Assembly: GCA_965242965.1 (NCBI GenBank)
Contig: OZ251518.1
Coordinates: forward strand, 4,032,001-4,096,000
DNA from: Candidatus Poribacteria bacterium
GTDB taxonomy: Bacteria > Poribacteria > WGA-4E > WGA-3G
Reading direction: 5' to 3'
DNA length: 64,000 nucleotides
The translations under genes and the position numbers were made by a program. The notes below the pieces were generated by a model, which was not told the DNA's origin, did not search any database, and saw only the letters and a program-made list of their open reading frames with translations. Every line of letters starts with the position of its first letter. The stretch's first letter is position 1. Below, piece by piece: positions 28,134 to 38,276 of the stretch.

Positions 28134-29585
28134 ATGAAACGCAGCGTTGTTACGACACTTGCACTGCTCACGGTTTTCCTGTGCATCGCTTCAGACAGCC
28201 CGGCACAGGAGACGACAGCGACTTTCAGTGGGCGCATTGTCGATGTGACAGGGAATCCGGTGCCTGATTTACCTGTCCTAATCGGTTCCGTTGAAATGCG
28301 CGGCACGTGGGTTCAGCCCAGTTTGGAAGACACAGCCATATATCTCTTTTTGCGTCGTGCGCGCACAGATGCCGAAGGAAGGTTTTCCATCACCGGCATC
28401 CCGGCTGCACCGGCATACTTCAGGGCACTTCCTGACGACATTGAGACTCGGTTCCCGAGTCGCGCCGTAGAGAAAATCCGTTCCCTCATGAGAGAGGCAA
28501 TCGTAAAAGAAGAGCGAAGCGAGGAGTTCGGTGAAATCATGCGCCGGATGCCGGAGATGCAGTCAGACGATTTTGAACCGGATGTTGAAGTCGTCTCCAT
28601 CCAGATGCAGGGACTAACCTTCTACCCGCGCACCGATTTTGATAAATCCCTCATGACAATTGTCTTCAGTCTTCAACCGGGTGTCCACGTGGAGAACGTC
28701 GTTGTCACGGTGCAACCGCGGATGCGGATTCGGGGAAGAATTGTTTTCAAGGATGGCACGCCGCTTGCCAACGCGCGGGTTTCGATGCCGCTCCGATACA
28801 CCACTGCCGATGGAACAGGCAGTGGACGTTCAGGCAGAGAACCGTTGACAGACAGCAACGGCTACTTCGCCTACTATCTTGATGAAAGGGATAATGCCGC
28901 CTTTTATACACTCTCGGCAGAATACCAAGAGATTGTAGCCGTAGGAGAACCGGTGCTGCTAGAACCCGGCGGCCGCTATGACGATTTGGTGTTGACGCTT
29001 GATAGCGAACCCACTGCTCCTGAACCGGGGCCGAGTGAGACGTGGGCAGAACTGCTTGACATCCCGATAGAACCAACAATTCCATCTTCGGATGCAACGG
29101 ATACCGGCGAAGACAGTGAGGTGCCTGCCACTCTGCCGCGCCGGGAATCAAGGGCAGTATGGATAGGCAACCCTGCAAACGGACACGCCTACAAACGCAT
29201 TTATTGCAAGACGCGCGAAGACGCACTCGCGCAAGCCGCCGCCGAAAACGTGCACCTCCTCGCTATTAACAACGAAGAGGAACAGCGATGGATAGAGGCT
29301 GTGTTTGGACGCGGATGCTATTGGCTCGGGCTCCGCCGCGGACCCGGCACTACCGACTGGCAGTGGGATACCGGGGAACCCATAACGTATCACAACTGGT
29401 TACCGGACGATTACTTTGATGAAGATATCGCTGCGACTGACAGGCAGACGGCTGTCATGACGTTCGCGGAAGGGAAATGGTATGCTGTTGGCAGTGACAG
29501 CATTATGTTGCGACTCACCAGGATGGCAATCCTCGAAAAACTTGAAGTGGAAGAGGTGTCGCCGGATATGCCGATGGAAAAGTAG
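28134..29585 (+). CDS. Secreted beta-sandwich + C-type lectin protein (copy 3)
   Basis: Signal peptide; same architecture. Confidence 0.85.
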   Translation: MKRSVVTTLALLTVFLCIASDSPAQETTATFSGRIVDVTGNPVPDLPVLIGSVEMRGTWVQPSLEDTAIYLFLRRARTDAEGRFSITGIPAAPAYFRALPDDIETRFPSRAVEKIRSLMREAIVKEERSEEFGEIMRRMPEMQSDDFEPDVEVVSIQMQGLTFYPRTDFDKSLMTIVFSLQPGVHVENVVVTVQPRMRIRGRIVFKDGTPLANARVSMPLRYTTADGTGSGRSGREPLTDSNGYFAYYLDERDNAAFYTLSAEYQEIVAVGEPVLLEPGGRYDDLVLTLDSEPTAPEPGPSETWAELLDIPIEPTIPSSDATDTGEDSEVPATLPRRESRAVWIGNPANGHAYKRIYCKTREDALAQAAAENVHLLAINNEEEQRWIEAVFGRGCYWLGLRRGPGTTDWQWDTGEPITYHNWLPDDYFDEDIAATDRQTAVMTFAEGKWYAVGSDSIMLRLTRMAILEKLEVEEVSPDMPMEK

Positions 29586-29649
29586 GCACGAACCTTGGTA
29601 GGCGCGGTTGCAAACCGCGCCTACTGCGAAACTCAAGGAGAATTAAAAT

Positions 29650-31086
29650 ATGAAACGCTTAAACCTCACGCACACCCTCGCGCTCCTCATCGGAATTGCG
29701 GCGATGTGCTTTCAGTGCATCGCGGCGGAAGACACGGCAGAGATGGTAACCTTCGCCGGCCGCGTTGTTGATGTGGAAGGAAATCCTATGCCAGGATTTG
29801 TTTTCGCTATTCAGGGTGCCAACATGTATCAACAGCAGGTAGACATAACCACTCGCTATGCAATGAGTGACCCGGGCGTGGAACAAGACTCAATGCTACC
29901 TCCTGTTTTCGTGCCTGTTGAAACCGATGAAGCGGGAACTTTCTCTATCACCGAAGGGATTGCCGGGAAGGTTCAATTGGTGGTGCGACACAATATCGCT
30001 GAACCTCCGAAAGTCGGAACATTTGACAAGAAACCTGCGCATGCGATTGTCTCCATCGACATCGGCGGGATAATCTTCTATCCGAACCCTGGGCACCGAT
30101 ATTCGTCCCCCACTGGCCTGACGTTTTCTCTCAAACCGGGCGCGCGGTTTGAGAACGTTGAAGTGACGGTGCAGCCACGGACGCGCGTCCGAGCCAAAAT
30201 CGTTTTTAAGGATGGCACGCCGCTTGCCAACGCGCAGGTTATAGCAGAAACTGCCAATCGGGATTTAAGGGGGCTCACACGCGAGAGTTCAAAGGGAGCA
30301 AGGCGGACAGATGCGGAGGGTTACATTGCAGAATACCCGAAAGAGTCTAGCATCTTCACGATATTAGTGACATATCAGGGGCTTGCCTCCACATCGGAGA
30401 CAATTACTGTCAAGGCGGGAGAACGACATGAGATAGTTTTGACGTTTGACAGCGAACCGATTGCCGACATGCCTGTGGAACAGCCGCCCGTTGAGTTGGA
30501 AATCGAGCCGCCCGGCGCGCCCAAAACAGCGGAGATACCACTCGAAGACTTGCCGCCACCCGCAGCACTGCACACCCACGGAACAGATATAAATCAGGTG
30601 TGGAACGAGAAGGCGGTGTGGGTAGTCAATCCTGCAAATGGACATGCTTACAAGCAGGTTTATTGCGGAAATTGGGATGAGGCGGAATCGTTCGCTATTG
30701 CTGAAGAAGCACATCTTGTCTCAATTAACGATGAGGCAGAACAGAAGTGGTTGGAGGGAGCCTTTAAGACAGATGGGTTTCGGCATTTTTGGATTGGCCT
30801 CACCGATGTGGAGAAAGAGGGTGAATGGCGATGGACGAGCGGCGAGCCTGTCACCTATACTAATTGGGCATCCGCAGCACCTTTTCCCGATGAACTTGAT
30901 GCATCAGAGAAAGACTATGTCACGATGGGATTTCTCGGCGGGAAGTGGGTGGCAGTAGGTGAACTAGGTGAAACGGGACCGTATATCCATCCTCATTTCG
31001 CGATTCTTGAGAGAGATGGCTTGCTTTCCAAAACCCCCGTTAAAGCGACGGAAGAGGGGAAGTCATCGGGGATAGAGGATAGGTAA
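29650..31086 (+). CDS. Secreted beta-sandwich + C-type lectin protein (copy 4)
   Basis: Signal peptide nearly identical to copy 2; same architecture. Confidence 0.85.
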   Translation: MKRLNLTHTLALLIGIAAMCFQCIAAEDTAEMVTFAGRVVDVEGNPMPGFVFAIQGANMYQQQVDITTRYAMSDPGVEQDSMLPPVFVPVETDEAGTFSITEGIAGKVQLVVRHNIAEPPKVGTFDKKPAHAIVSIDIGGIIFYPNPGHRYSSPTGLTFSLKPGARFENVEVTVQPRTRVRAKIVFKDGTPLANAQVIAETANRDLRGLTRESSKGARRTDAEGYIAEYPKESSIFTILVTYQGLASTSETITVKAGERHEIVLTFDSEPIADMPVEQPPVELEIEPPGAPKTAEIPLEDLPPPAALHTHGTDINQVWNEKAVWVVNPANGHAYKQVYCGNWDEAESFAIAEEAHLVSINDEAEQKWLEGAFKTDGFRHFWIGLTDVEKEGEWRWTSGEPVTYTNWASAAPFPDELDASEKDYVTMGFLGGKWVAVGELGETGPYIHPHFAILERDGLLSKTPVKATEEGKSSGIEDR

Positions 31087-31089
31087 TTT

Positions 31090-31382
31090 GAGGGTGTTTC
31101 ATATTTCGATGCACACCCGTAGGAGAGACCTCCTGGTCTCGATGTTCCGGTAGCGCGGGGGCCTGTCCCCCGCGAGTTCAATCGGCCCGATGTGTGTTTC
31201 CCCTTCTGTAGTTTGTGATCGCCTGATCACAAACAGGTCAGGATCAGGCGATCCTGACCTACAGAGCCTGGCTCGCGAGCGATGGCGAGGGACAGGCCCT
31301 CGCCCTACGTGAAGGGGAGACGTTTTTTCACCGTAGCGCGGGGCCTGTCCTCGCGACGTTGAGCGATTTATGAAACACCCTC
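31090..31382. mobile_element. MITE-like REP-mosaic element with 9-bp target-site duplication
   Basis: GAGGGTGTTTCAT...ATGAAACACCCTC flanked by AGGTAATTT at 31081-31089 and 31383-31391. Confidence 0.85.
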
Positions 31383-31432
31383 AGGTAATTTGGGAGATAG
31401 GCGCGCGTTGAAAGCGCGTCTGCCGGCACCTC

Positions 31433-32509
31433 CTATGTATCAACAAGGCATCCACAATACGCACAGACAGCGAACATATCGCCGAACGTTTCGCACTCGG
31501 GAGCCAGATAGGACTCGTGGTGTGTGACACATCCCGGATTGTCGCACGGATTTTCTGCCGCGGCGATGTTTCGTTGTGGCGGCTGCGTCAATATGAGCTG
31601 CTCCAATCCGAGGAGACTGGAGATGAGTGCCATCCGAATCGGTACAGCGTTGGCAGATTGTTCAAAATACGCGGCCCTCGGGTCATCGTCCAATTCGTAA
31701 GAGAGCTCATTGACACGCGGAAGCGGGTGCATAATCATCGCATCGGGTTTCGCGTGTTTCATTACCGCCGCGTTCAGCAGATAACTGCCGCGCACCGCCG
31801 CCGGGTTCACCTCTGGCGGGAGCCGCTCCTCCTGTAACCTATTGACGTAGATGACATCCAACGCCGCGATAACGTCTCGGATTTGCTCAACTTCAAGCGG
31901 TTTCTGCGCGTGAAGTTTATCCAACCGCGTCAGCACCCAAGGCGGCATCTGAAGTCCACTCGGCCCGATGTGAACGAGTTCCCCGCCAAATCTTGCTACG
32001 GCGAGTGAGAAGGAATGCGCCGCTCGTCCATACCGCAAATCGCCGCAAACCCCCACAGTCAGGCCATCTACCTGTCCTTTTCGTCTGATGATGGTATAAA
32101 GGTCTGTGAGTGCCTGCGTGGGGTGCGCGTGGCTGCCATCGCCGCCGTTAATGACAGAGATGTTCGCGTAGCGCGCCATTACCTGTGCCGCGCCCGCCCA
32201 GTTGTGCCGGACGACAATCAAGTCTGCGTAATTCGTCACCATCCGCGCAGTATCGGCGAGGGTTTCACCTTTGGTAGCGGAGGTGCCGCTCGGGTCTGCG
32301 AAGCCGAGTGTACCGCCGCTGAGGCGTTCCATCGCGCTCTCAAACGAGAGCCGCGTGCGCGTGCTTGGCTCATAAAACAGCGTCGCTAGCAACTTGCTGC
32401 GGCAGATGCCGGCCCATGTCTCCAGTTGCGATTGCATCCCAGCGGCGAGCCGAAAAACGCCTTCAATCTCAAAATTCGACAAATCGTCAAGGGTTACCAG
32501 ATGTCTCAT
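31433..32509 (-). CDS. pyrB: Aspartate carbamoyltransferase with C-terminal four-Cys extension
   Basis: FYEPSTRTRLSF, KGETL.DT, HPTQAL.D, MHPLPR. Confidence 0.95.
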   Translation of the reverse strand: MRHLVTLDDLSNFEIEGVFRLAAGMQSQLETWAGICRSKLLATLFYEPSTRTRLSFESAMERLSGGTLGFADPSGTSATKGETLADTARMVTNYADLIVVRHNWAGAAQVMARYANISVINGGDGSHAHPTQALTDLYTIIRRKGQVDGLTVGVCGDLRYGRAAHSFSLAVARFGGELVHIGPSGLQMPPWVLTRLDKLHAQKPLEVEQIRDVIAALDVIYVNRLQEERLPPEVNPAAVRGSYLLNAAVMKHAKPDAMIMHPLPRVNELSYELDDDPRAAYFEQSANAVPIRMALISSLLGLEQLILTQPPQRNIAAAENPCDNPGCVTHHESYLAPECETFGDMFAVCAYCGCLVDT

Positions 32510-32608
32510 TTTCTCCTCAATGCTTCGCAGCAGTCGGCTCCGTTTTCCCGATACCGCGCATCAAGCCCGCGAGAGCTTTCCTGCTGCATGTGTTTTATGA
32601 AGTCGCGC

Positions 32609-33532
32609 CTACACCCTTAAACTTCCAACTAATTCTTGAATTGATGCCATCTTCGCCTCTTTCAGATACGCGCGGATGCCGTCGACAACCTCTAGGGACG
32701 CGTTCGGATTCACGAAATTCGCCGTGCCGACGGCGACAGCCGATGCACCGGCGATGAAAAATTCCACCGCGTCGGTAGCGTTCATAATGCCGCCCATTCC
32801 GACGATGGGAATGGAAACGCTTTTGTAGACTTCCCACACCAAGCGGAGTGCCACTGGCTTTATGGCGGGCCCCGAGAGTCCGCCTGTTACATTTGCGAGT
32901 TCAGGCGTGCGCGTTTCGGCGTTAATTGCCATGCCGAGGAGCGTGTTAATCGCCGAGAGCGCGTCCGCGCCGGCATCCTCAACGGCGCGCGCGATGACGG
33001 TGATGTCCGTGACGTTCGGCGATAACTTGACTAACAGCGGCAACTGTGTCTTCTCGCGCACCTGTTTCACCAATTGATGCGCCAGATGTGCGTCCACACC
33101 GAAACTCATTCCGCCGCAATCAAGGTTAGGACAGGAAATGTTGAGTTCCACGCCGGCAATCCCAGCCGCGCCGTTGAGTTTTTCGATAACCGTGAGGTAT
33201 TCCTCCACAGTCTTGCCGCAGACATTCACAATCACTTGCACGTCAAAATTGCGGAGGTAAGGAAGTTTCTGCGAAATAAAACTGTCTACGCCGACGTTTT
33301 GGAGGCCGATGGCGTTCAGCATGCCGGCGGGAGTCTCCATGATGCGTTGCATAGGGTTGCCGGGCCAGGGTGTGCTTGTTACACCCTTGACGACGATAGC
33401 ACCGAGTCGGTTCAAATCAACGAAGTCGGCGTATTCGCTGCCGTAGCCGAAGGTGCCGGAGGCAGTCATCACAGGATTCCTCATCGGAATGCCGCCGATA
33501 TTGACGCAGAGAGAGGTGTGGGGTGTAGTCAT
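32609..33532 (-). CDS. pyrD: Dihydroorotate dehydrogenase, family 1 catalytic subunit
   Basis: NPVMTASGTFG, NAIGLQN, ELNISCPN, KLSPN, INT, GGLSGPAIKP; start placed at MTTPH. Confidence 0.93.
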   Translation of the reverse strand: MTTPHTSLCVNIGGIPMRNPVMTASGTFGYGSEYADFVDLNRLGAIVVKGVTSTPWPGNPMQRIMETPAGMLNAIGLQNVGVDSFISQKLPYLRNFDVQVIVNVCGKTVEEYLTVIEKLNGAAGIAGVELNISCPNLDCGGMSFGVDAHLAHQLVKQVREKTQLPLLVKLSPNVTDITVIARAVEDAGADALSAINTLLGMAINAETRTPELANVTGGLSGPAIKPVALRLVWEVYKSVSIPIVGMGGIMNATDAVEFFIAGASAVAVGTANFVNPNASLEVVDGIRAYLKEAKMASIQELVGSLRV

Positions 33533-33618
33533 AGGGATTATGATAATAGATTTGAGAGAAAATGTCAAGTGGAAAAAGTATCAATTTTGGGGTGCAGATT
33601 TGCGTAAGTAAAAAAAAT

Positions 33619-33647
33619 TTGACAAAAGGCAAAAAATGTGGTATTAT
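33619..33647 (+). promoter_or_regulatory. Strong sigma70-type promoter
   Basis: TTGACA-N17-TATTAT, TG extension, A-rich upstream element. Confidence 0.7.
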
Positions 33648-34027
33648 ATAACGTGTGTATATTTTAGGGAAATTGAAGAGTGTCCGCTGAAAAAGTTACG
33701 AGTAGTTTTTTGACAGTTTTCCCTGTCGGCACCGGATGCCTTCTGAAGACAGAAGGGTTTCCTGTCCCGACACGAGATAAATAAGCGTTCATTGTGCCAA
33801 TCTACGCTTGCTGCCAAACTCCTGCCGAGAAAGAGGGAGTCTCGCCTGCTGGGATTCGGTTGCGTGTGCACACGTGTGCAACGCCGAAGTCCCACGAGGT
33901 GCTGCCTCCTGACAGTGCCCAGTTTCTCATTTTCCCGTTACTTTCAACCAAAAGGACAGGACAGGTGCGAAAGAGTGAGGCGCGCTGCAAGCGCGCGTCA
34001 CCGGTGCCAGTCCTAAGGAGAAACGCG

Positions 34028-34306
34028 ATGAATATCTACGTTGGCAACGTGCCATACGCAGCAACCGAAAACGATTTGGAAGAACTTTTTGGAGAATACG
34101 GTCCCGTTGCTACCGCCACGATTATCCGTGACCGGTATGACGGCCGCTCCAAAGGGTTTGGCTTCGTGGAGATGGAAAACCAAGAGGACGGCGAACGGGC
34201 GATAGAAGCATTGGACGGCTATGACATGATGGGCCGTCCGCTGAAAGTCAACCAGGCGCGTCCTCGCGAAGAGCGTCCACCTCGCCACCACCACTACGAT
34301 GCTTAG
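34028..34306 (+). CDS. RRM-domain RNA-binding protein
   Basis: RNP2 IYVGNV, RNP1 KGFGFVEM, GRPLKVNQARPR; AAGGAG RBS. Confidence 0.93.
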   Translation: MNIYVGNVPYAATENDLEELFGEYGPVATATIIRDRYDGRSKGFGFVEMENQEDGERAIEALDGYDMMGRPLKVNQARPREERPPRHHHYDA

Positions 34307-34355
34307 GCATCTCGGCGGCACGTCGCTCGCGATGTGTCGCAGTTAACAACGTTTC

Positions 34356-34400
34356 GCCCCGGATACGGAAACCAACGTCGGTTTCCGCCGGGGCTTTTCT
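34356..34400 (+). terminator. Intrinsic terminator after RRM gene
   Basis: GCCCCGG..CGGAAACC / GGTTTCCG.CCGGGGC stem then TTTTCT. Confidence 0.65.
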
Positions 34401-34557
34401 GTTTGGCACGAAACGAGTAGGCGCGCTTGGAAAGCGCGCCTACAAGTGGTATGATATGAAATTAACTTGATTCCTATCGTCTCTGTAGGGAAAAATCCCC
34501 CGAACGCAGCGGCAAACTGAGTCTGGCAGACCCGAGAAGAATCAACTTCATTGGGCA

Positions 34558-35331
34558 CTATTCCTTCCGCTTGAGTTTCCCCCAAGTGACAGCAGCTTTG
34601 CCAGCCGGCTCTACGGCGACACCCAGCGCGGTTAACCCGTTATTCATGATGTCGGCAATATCGCTATCTTCCAACGGTGAATGGAAAATGGCGACTTCGT
34701 CCATCGCACCGGTGAACCAATTGCCTTCGCCATCCCAAACGCCGCAACCGCCGATATTCACGTTGAAATCGGAACGCCCGTGGTTGGGCCAACTCCCTGC
34801 CTTCTCCGTAGCGGTGCCATCAACATAAACCTTTGTGAACTCGCGCGTTGCAACGGTGGCGACATGATGCCACTCACCGGGCGGATGTTCGTAAGGATTC
34901 TCGTTACCACCCGCTGTGGGTGTCCACAGCATGACGGTGGTTGGGTTGATAAAACCGAATTCGGGGGAATCGTTCTGCCCTACCAACCCGACGCGGTTGG
35001 CAGTGATATTCCCCGGTTTCACCCAAGCAACGATTGTAAATTCGCGCAAGCCGTTCAGGAGTTTCTGCCCGGTCTGGACGCAATTGCCGGCACCATCAAA
35101 GGCTAAGGCACCACCAAACCGTCCCTCTACCCAGACAGGCGCGTTTACAACCGTCCCGTGATTATTGTTACCAGAGGAGTCCATAGCGGTACTCCCAGCA
35201 CCATCATCAAACAGCCAAACGCCGACAACTTTGCTCATGTCTACATCGGCACTGCCACTCGGCACAGCGACGAGACTCAGAACCATCAGACTCAGGCTGA
35301 ACAGGATACCTGTTAAAACATTCAATTTCAT
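34558..35331 (-). CDS. Secreted LamG / concanavalin A-like domain protein
   Basis: Signal peptide; WLFDDG.G..A.DSSGN.N.G, G.FGGAL.FDG, WHHVA, F.G.MDEV; C-terminal AVEPAGKAAVTWGKLK. Confidence 0.9.
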   Translation of the reverse strand: MKLNVLTGILFSLSLMVLSLVAVPSGSADVDMSKVVGVWLFDDGAGSTAMDSSGNNNHGTVVNAPVWVEGRFGGALAFDGAGNCVQTGQKLLNGLREFTIVAWVKPGNITANRVGLVGQNDSPEFGFINPTTVMLWTPTAGGNENPYEHPPGEWHHVATVATREFTKVYVDGTATEKAGSWPNHGRSDFNVNIGGCGVWDGEGNWFTGAMDEVAIFHSPLEDSDIADIMNNGLTALGVAVEPAGKAAVTWGKLKRKE

Positions 35332-35654
35332 TTTTATCCTCTCACTTTCTTTAGAATTTACCTCGCCTCTCGGCGGGGATTGAACACATATTTATTATGA
35401 CATATTTTTCATAAAAATGCAAGTTTTTTTATTTCTTGACATTTAAACGGGGAATGCGGTATCATAGTTAAAAATTCTCAGCACCTGTTCGTTTTCGATT
35501 TCCGCTCTCCCGATGTAAGGTAAAGACAGCTGCCCAGATTCGCCTGTCAATTGCCGACAGACAGATAGACAGACTGACAGATAGGGACATCTGTCCTTAT
35601 AGGGCGCATCCGAGACTGAATCGTTCTAAAAAATTCCGTTCAAAATAGGACAAC

Positions 35655-37652
35655 ATGAAAAAAATAGTCTTCATTACACCATTTCTCTTCATCTTCGGGC
35701 TGATGCCTGCGTTCTCGGTGGACTTTATCACTTTGACGCGCGAGTTCGGCGGCAAAGGCGCAACCGAAGGCGCGTTTGGCAAGGAGATTCACCTCGCTTT
35801 TCGCGAGAATATCTACGTCAGCGATAAGGAGCATCGGCTCATCCAAAAATTGTCGCCGACAGGCACGTTCCTGATGCAGATTCCCGCCGATGCGACTTCT
35901 CCCGAAAATATCTTGCGCAAACCGGGGCACCTCGCCGTGGATACCGCGGGAAATATCTACGTCGCCGATGTCACCGCGCATCACATCGCCGAAACGACAG
36001 AACCGAAAATCTACATGTTCGCGCCGTGCGTCCACAAATTCAGCGCAACGGGTGAACCTTTAGATACCTATTTCGTTGAATCAGTGGATGAACGCCCGCG
36101 CATCGTTTTAACCGGCGCGCTCATCGTGGACGAAGAGGGAAAAACCGCCTTCGGCATTCAACCGAAAGGCTATGACAGGGCCCTCCGCGTCGCGGTTAAT
36201 TCACAAAACCAACTCTATGTTTTAGACGCGAAACGCGGGCGCATCCACTACTTCGATGCCGATGGAAAGCCGTTGCGCACCTTCGGCCGCTACGGCGCGG
36301 GCGATGGAGAATTCGACATGGATGCCGCTGATCTCGCGATTGACGCGCGCGGCAATGTGCTTATCGCTGATACCGGCAACCATCGCATCGTTCAGTTTGA
36401 TGCAAATGGCACTTTCATCCGAAGTTTCGGAAGAAAAGGACGCGGCAACGGACAATTCACGAAGCCGATGGCTCTCGCCGCGCTGCCGACAGGCGAAATC
36501 CTTGTCAAAGATGCCAGTCAATTCCGCCGCAAAGTCGGCGGATTGCCCGAAGTTGTCGCGCTATCGCCGACGTTGACGCAACTCAATGAAAGCACCCCTG
36601 GCCAAACCGAACTCGCCGATATGATTACCGACGCAACCCGGGCGGAATACGGGCCCTTCGCGCACAGCACCGGCACGACAACTAACCTCGCCGCGCTCAA
36701 TCGCCGGCTACGGCTGCTGGAAGAGGCGGAATACAGCCGCTACTATGAAACCGAAGGCGACGACGAAGACAAGGCAGAATTGGCTGAGGAACTCAAACGA
36801 AAGGACATCCGGCTGACGCTTTTTCATAACGTCATCTCGCGGGTTCAGAAGTTTGACAGGGATGGCAGATACATCGGGCGCATCATTTATGAAACAGACC
36901 GGCTCAGCGAGGAAAAACACGACGTGAGTTTCCTGGCACTCGATGCCGCGGGGTATCTCTATTTACGTGATGCAAGCGATTTCACAATCGCGCAATATGC
37001 CATCACCGGGTTCACGATTAAACCCTCGCACATGAACGGGTTCTATAGCGTGCGCGCAGCCAACCTTGACAACGAATATCTCGAAGATTACGAGGATATT
37101 GATGTCTCAACCGATGTGCAGGATGAACTCAGCCAGTTAGAATTGAAAAATATGTTCGGGTGGACGTATAGCCTCTCGGAACGGTGGCACTTGACATTCC
37201 TTGACGAGCTCACCTACGGCGAGCAGGACGAACGTTATGTCACGCCTGCCAAAGTTGAGGATAGTTACGATTTTCAGACGCAGGCATTGGAAAACGCCTT
37301 CGCTGCCAACCTGAAATTCATCACGAACCCGAATCCCTATCGGTATAAGGAGTTGAATCTGTCCATCGGACGCATTGACGGCACTTCGGATTTGACGCAG
37401 GACGCGCTGTTTCCGGAACTTAACCGTCAGCGTCGTGAAGACACCGGTGATGCGAATTCGACAGTAATCGAACTTAACTGGGATTTGTGGGCGCGGACGA
37501 ATTTGTGGTTCCGCTACGCCGATCTGAATCCTGCGGAGACGAGTCGCAACTTTGTCCGCCGCTTCTACGATGTCTCCGGCGATCTGTATGAGGTGTTCGG
37601 TAGCCGCAATCAGGCGCGGCAGTTCCTCGGCGAATTGACGATAAAATTCTAA
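35655..37652 (+). CDS. Secreted NHL-repeat protein with beta-rich C-terminal domain
   Basis: Signal peptide; NHL repeats (G.G.GEF...LAID..GNVLIADTGNHRIVQF); ends in GELTIKF. Confidence 0.8.
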   Translation: MKKIVFITPFLFIFGLMPAFSVDFITLTREFGGKGATEGAFGKEIHLAFRENIYVSDKEHRLIQKLSPTGTFLMQIPADATSPENILRKPGHLAVDTAGNIYVADVTAHHIAETTEPKIYMFAPCVHKFSATGEPLDTYFVESVDERPRIVLTGALIVDEEGKTAFGIQPKGYDRALRVAVNSQNQLYVLDAKRGRIHYFDADGKPLRTFGRYGAGDGEFDMDAADLAIDARGNVLIADTGNHRIVQFDANGTFIRSFGRKGRGNGQFTKPMALAALPTGEILVKDASQFRRKVGGLPEVVALSPTLTQLNESTPGQTELADMITDATRAEYGPFAHSTGTTTNLAALNRRLRLLEEAEYSRYYETEGDDEDKAELAEELKRKDIRLTLFHNVISRVQKFDRDGRYIGRIIYETDRLSEEKHDVSFLALDAAGYLYLRDASDFTIAQYAITGFTIKPSHMNGFYSVRAANLDNEYLEDYEDIDVSTDVQDELSQLELKNMFGWTYSLSERWHLTFLDELTYGEQDERYVTPAKVEDSYDFQTQALENAFAANLKFITNPNPYRYKELNLSIGRIDGTSDLTQDALFPELNRQRREDTGDANSTVIELNWDLWARTNLWFRYADLNPAETSRNFVRRFYDVSGDLYEVFGSRNQARQFLGELTIKF

Positions 37653-37762
37653 ACTGGGAGTCCGCCGAAAAACTTGACATTCTCCTGCAAGATTTGCGAG
37701 ACTATTACGACATCGCCGCCGGCTTCGGCCCGGGCGATGCACCGAAAGGAACCGTAATCTGC

Positions 37763-38263
37763 ATGCAAAATCAACAATCAAAAGCACGGGTAGACGAGAG
37801 GGTCCCGTTTCTCGGTGTGAAACGTCGCTGGGTAGGCTATGCGTTGTTCATCTTCGTCATAAGCGTTCTTGTCTACACGGGCTTCTCCACGGCGGATTCG
37901 CTGACTACCGATGGGTGGCAGGGTTTCAGAACCGTCCGTGCAGTTTTTCACGATACATCGCAGGCACTGCCGTTTTTAGGCATCTTACCGATAGTTATCT
38001 TAGTGGTATGGGAGTTCATCATGATTCTTTATGAAATCGTTAAAGAGCAAATCGAGGCGCGTCAGCGCACGCGCATTGCCGCCCACGAAGCGCGCGGCGA
38101 AGAACGGGGTATCAAACTCGGCGAAGAGCGGGGCAAGGAATTAGAACGCGACACCTGGGTAGACTGGCTTGAACGCCGAGACGCAGCGGCAGCGGCGGGA
38201 GAACCGTTCACCGAACCGAATCCTGCCGAGAAACACAACGGCACCTCACCGCCTGCACCCTAG
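37763..38263 (+). CDS. Small membrane protein with GEERG-repeat helical tail
   Basis: Two hydrophobic helices then GEERGIKL and W.DW.ERR...GEPFTEP; upstream TTGACA promoter; start uncertain. Confidence 0.6.
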   Translation: MQNQQSKARVDERVPFLGVKRRWVGYALFIFVISVLVYTGFSTADSLTTDGWQGFRTVRAVFHDTSQALPFLGILPIVILVVWEFIMILYEIVKEQIEARQRTRIAAHEARGEERGIKLGEERGKELERDTWVDWLERRDAAAAAGEPFTEPNPAEKHNGTSPPAP

Positions 38264-38276
38264 CGAGACTCGCCCA

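Noticed and set aside
33794-34027. N-terminal extension of the RRM protein (170-aa call)
   Set aside because: A clear RBS and the canonical MNIYVGN start at 34028.
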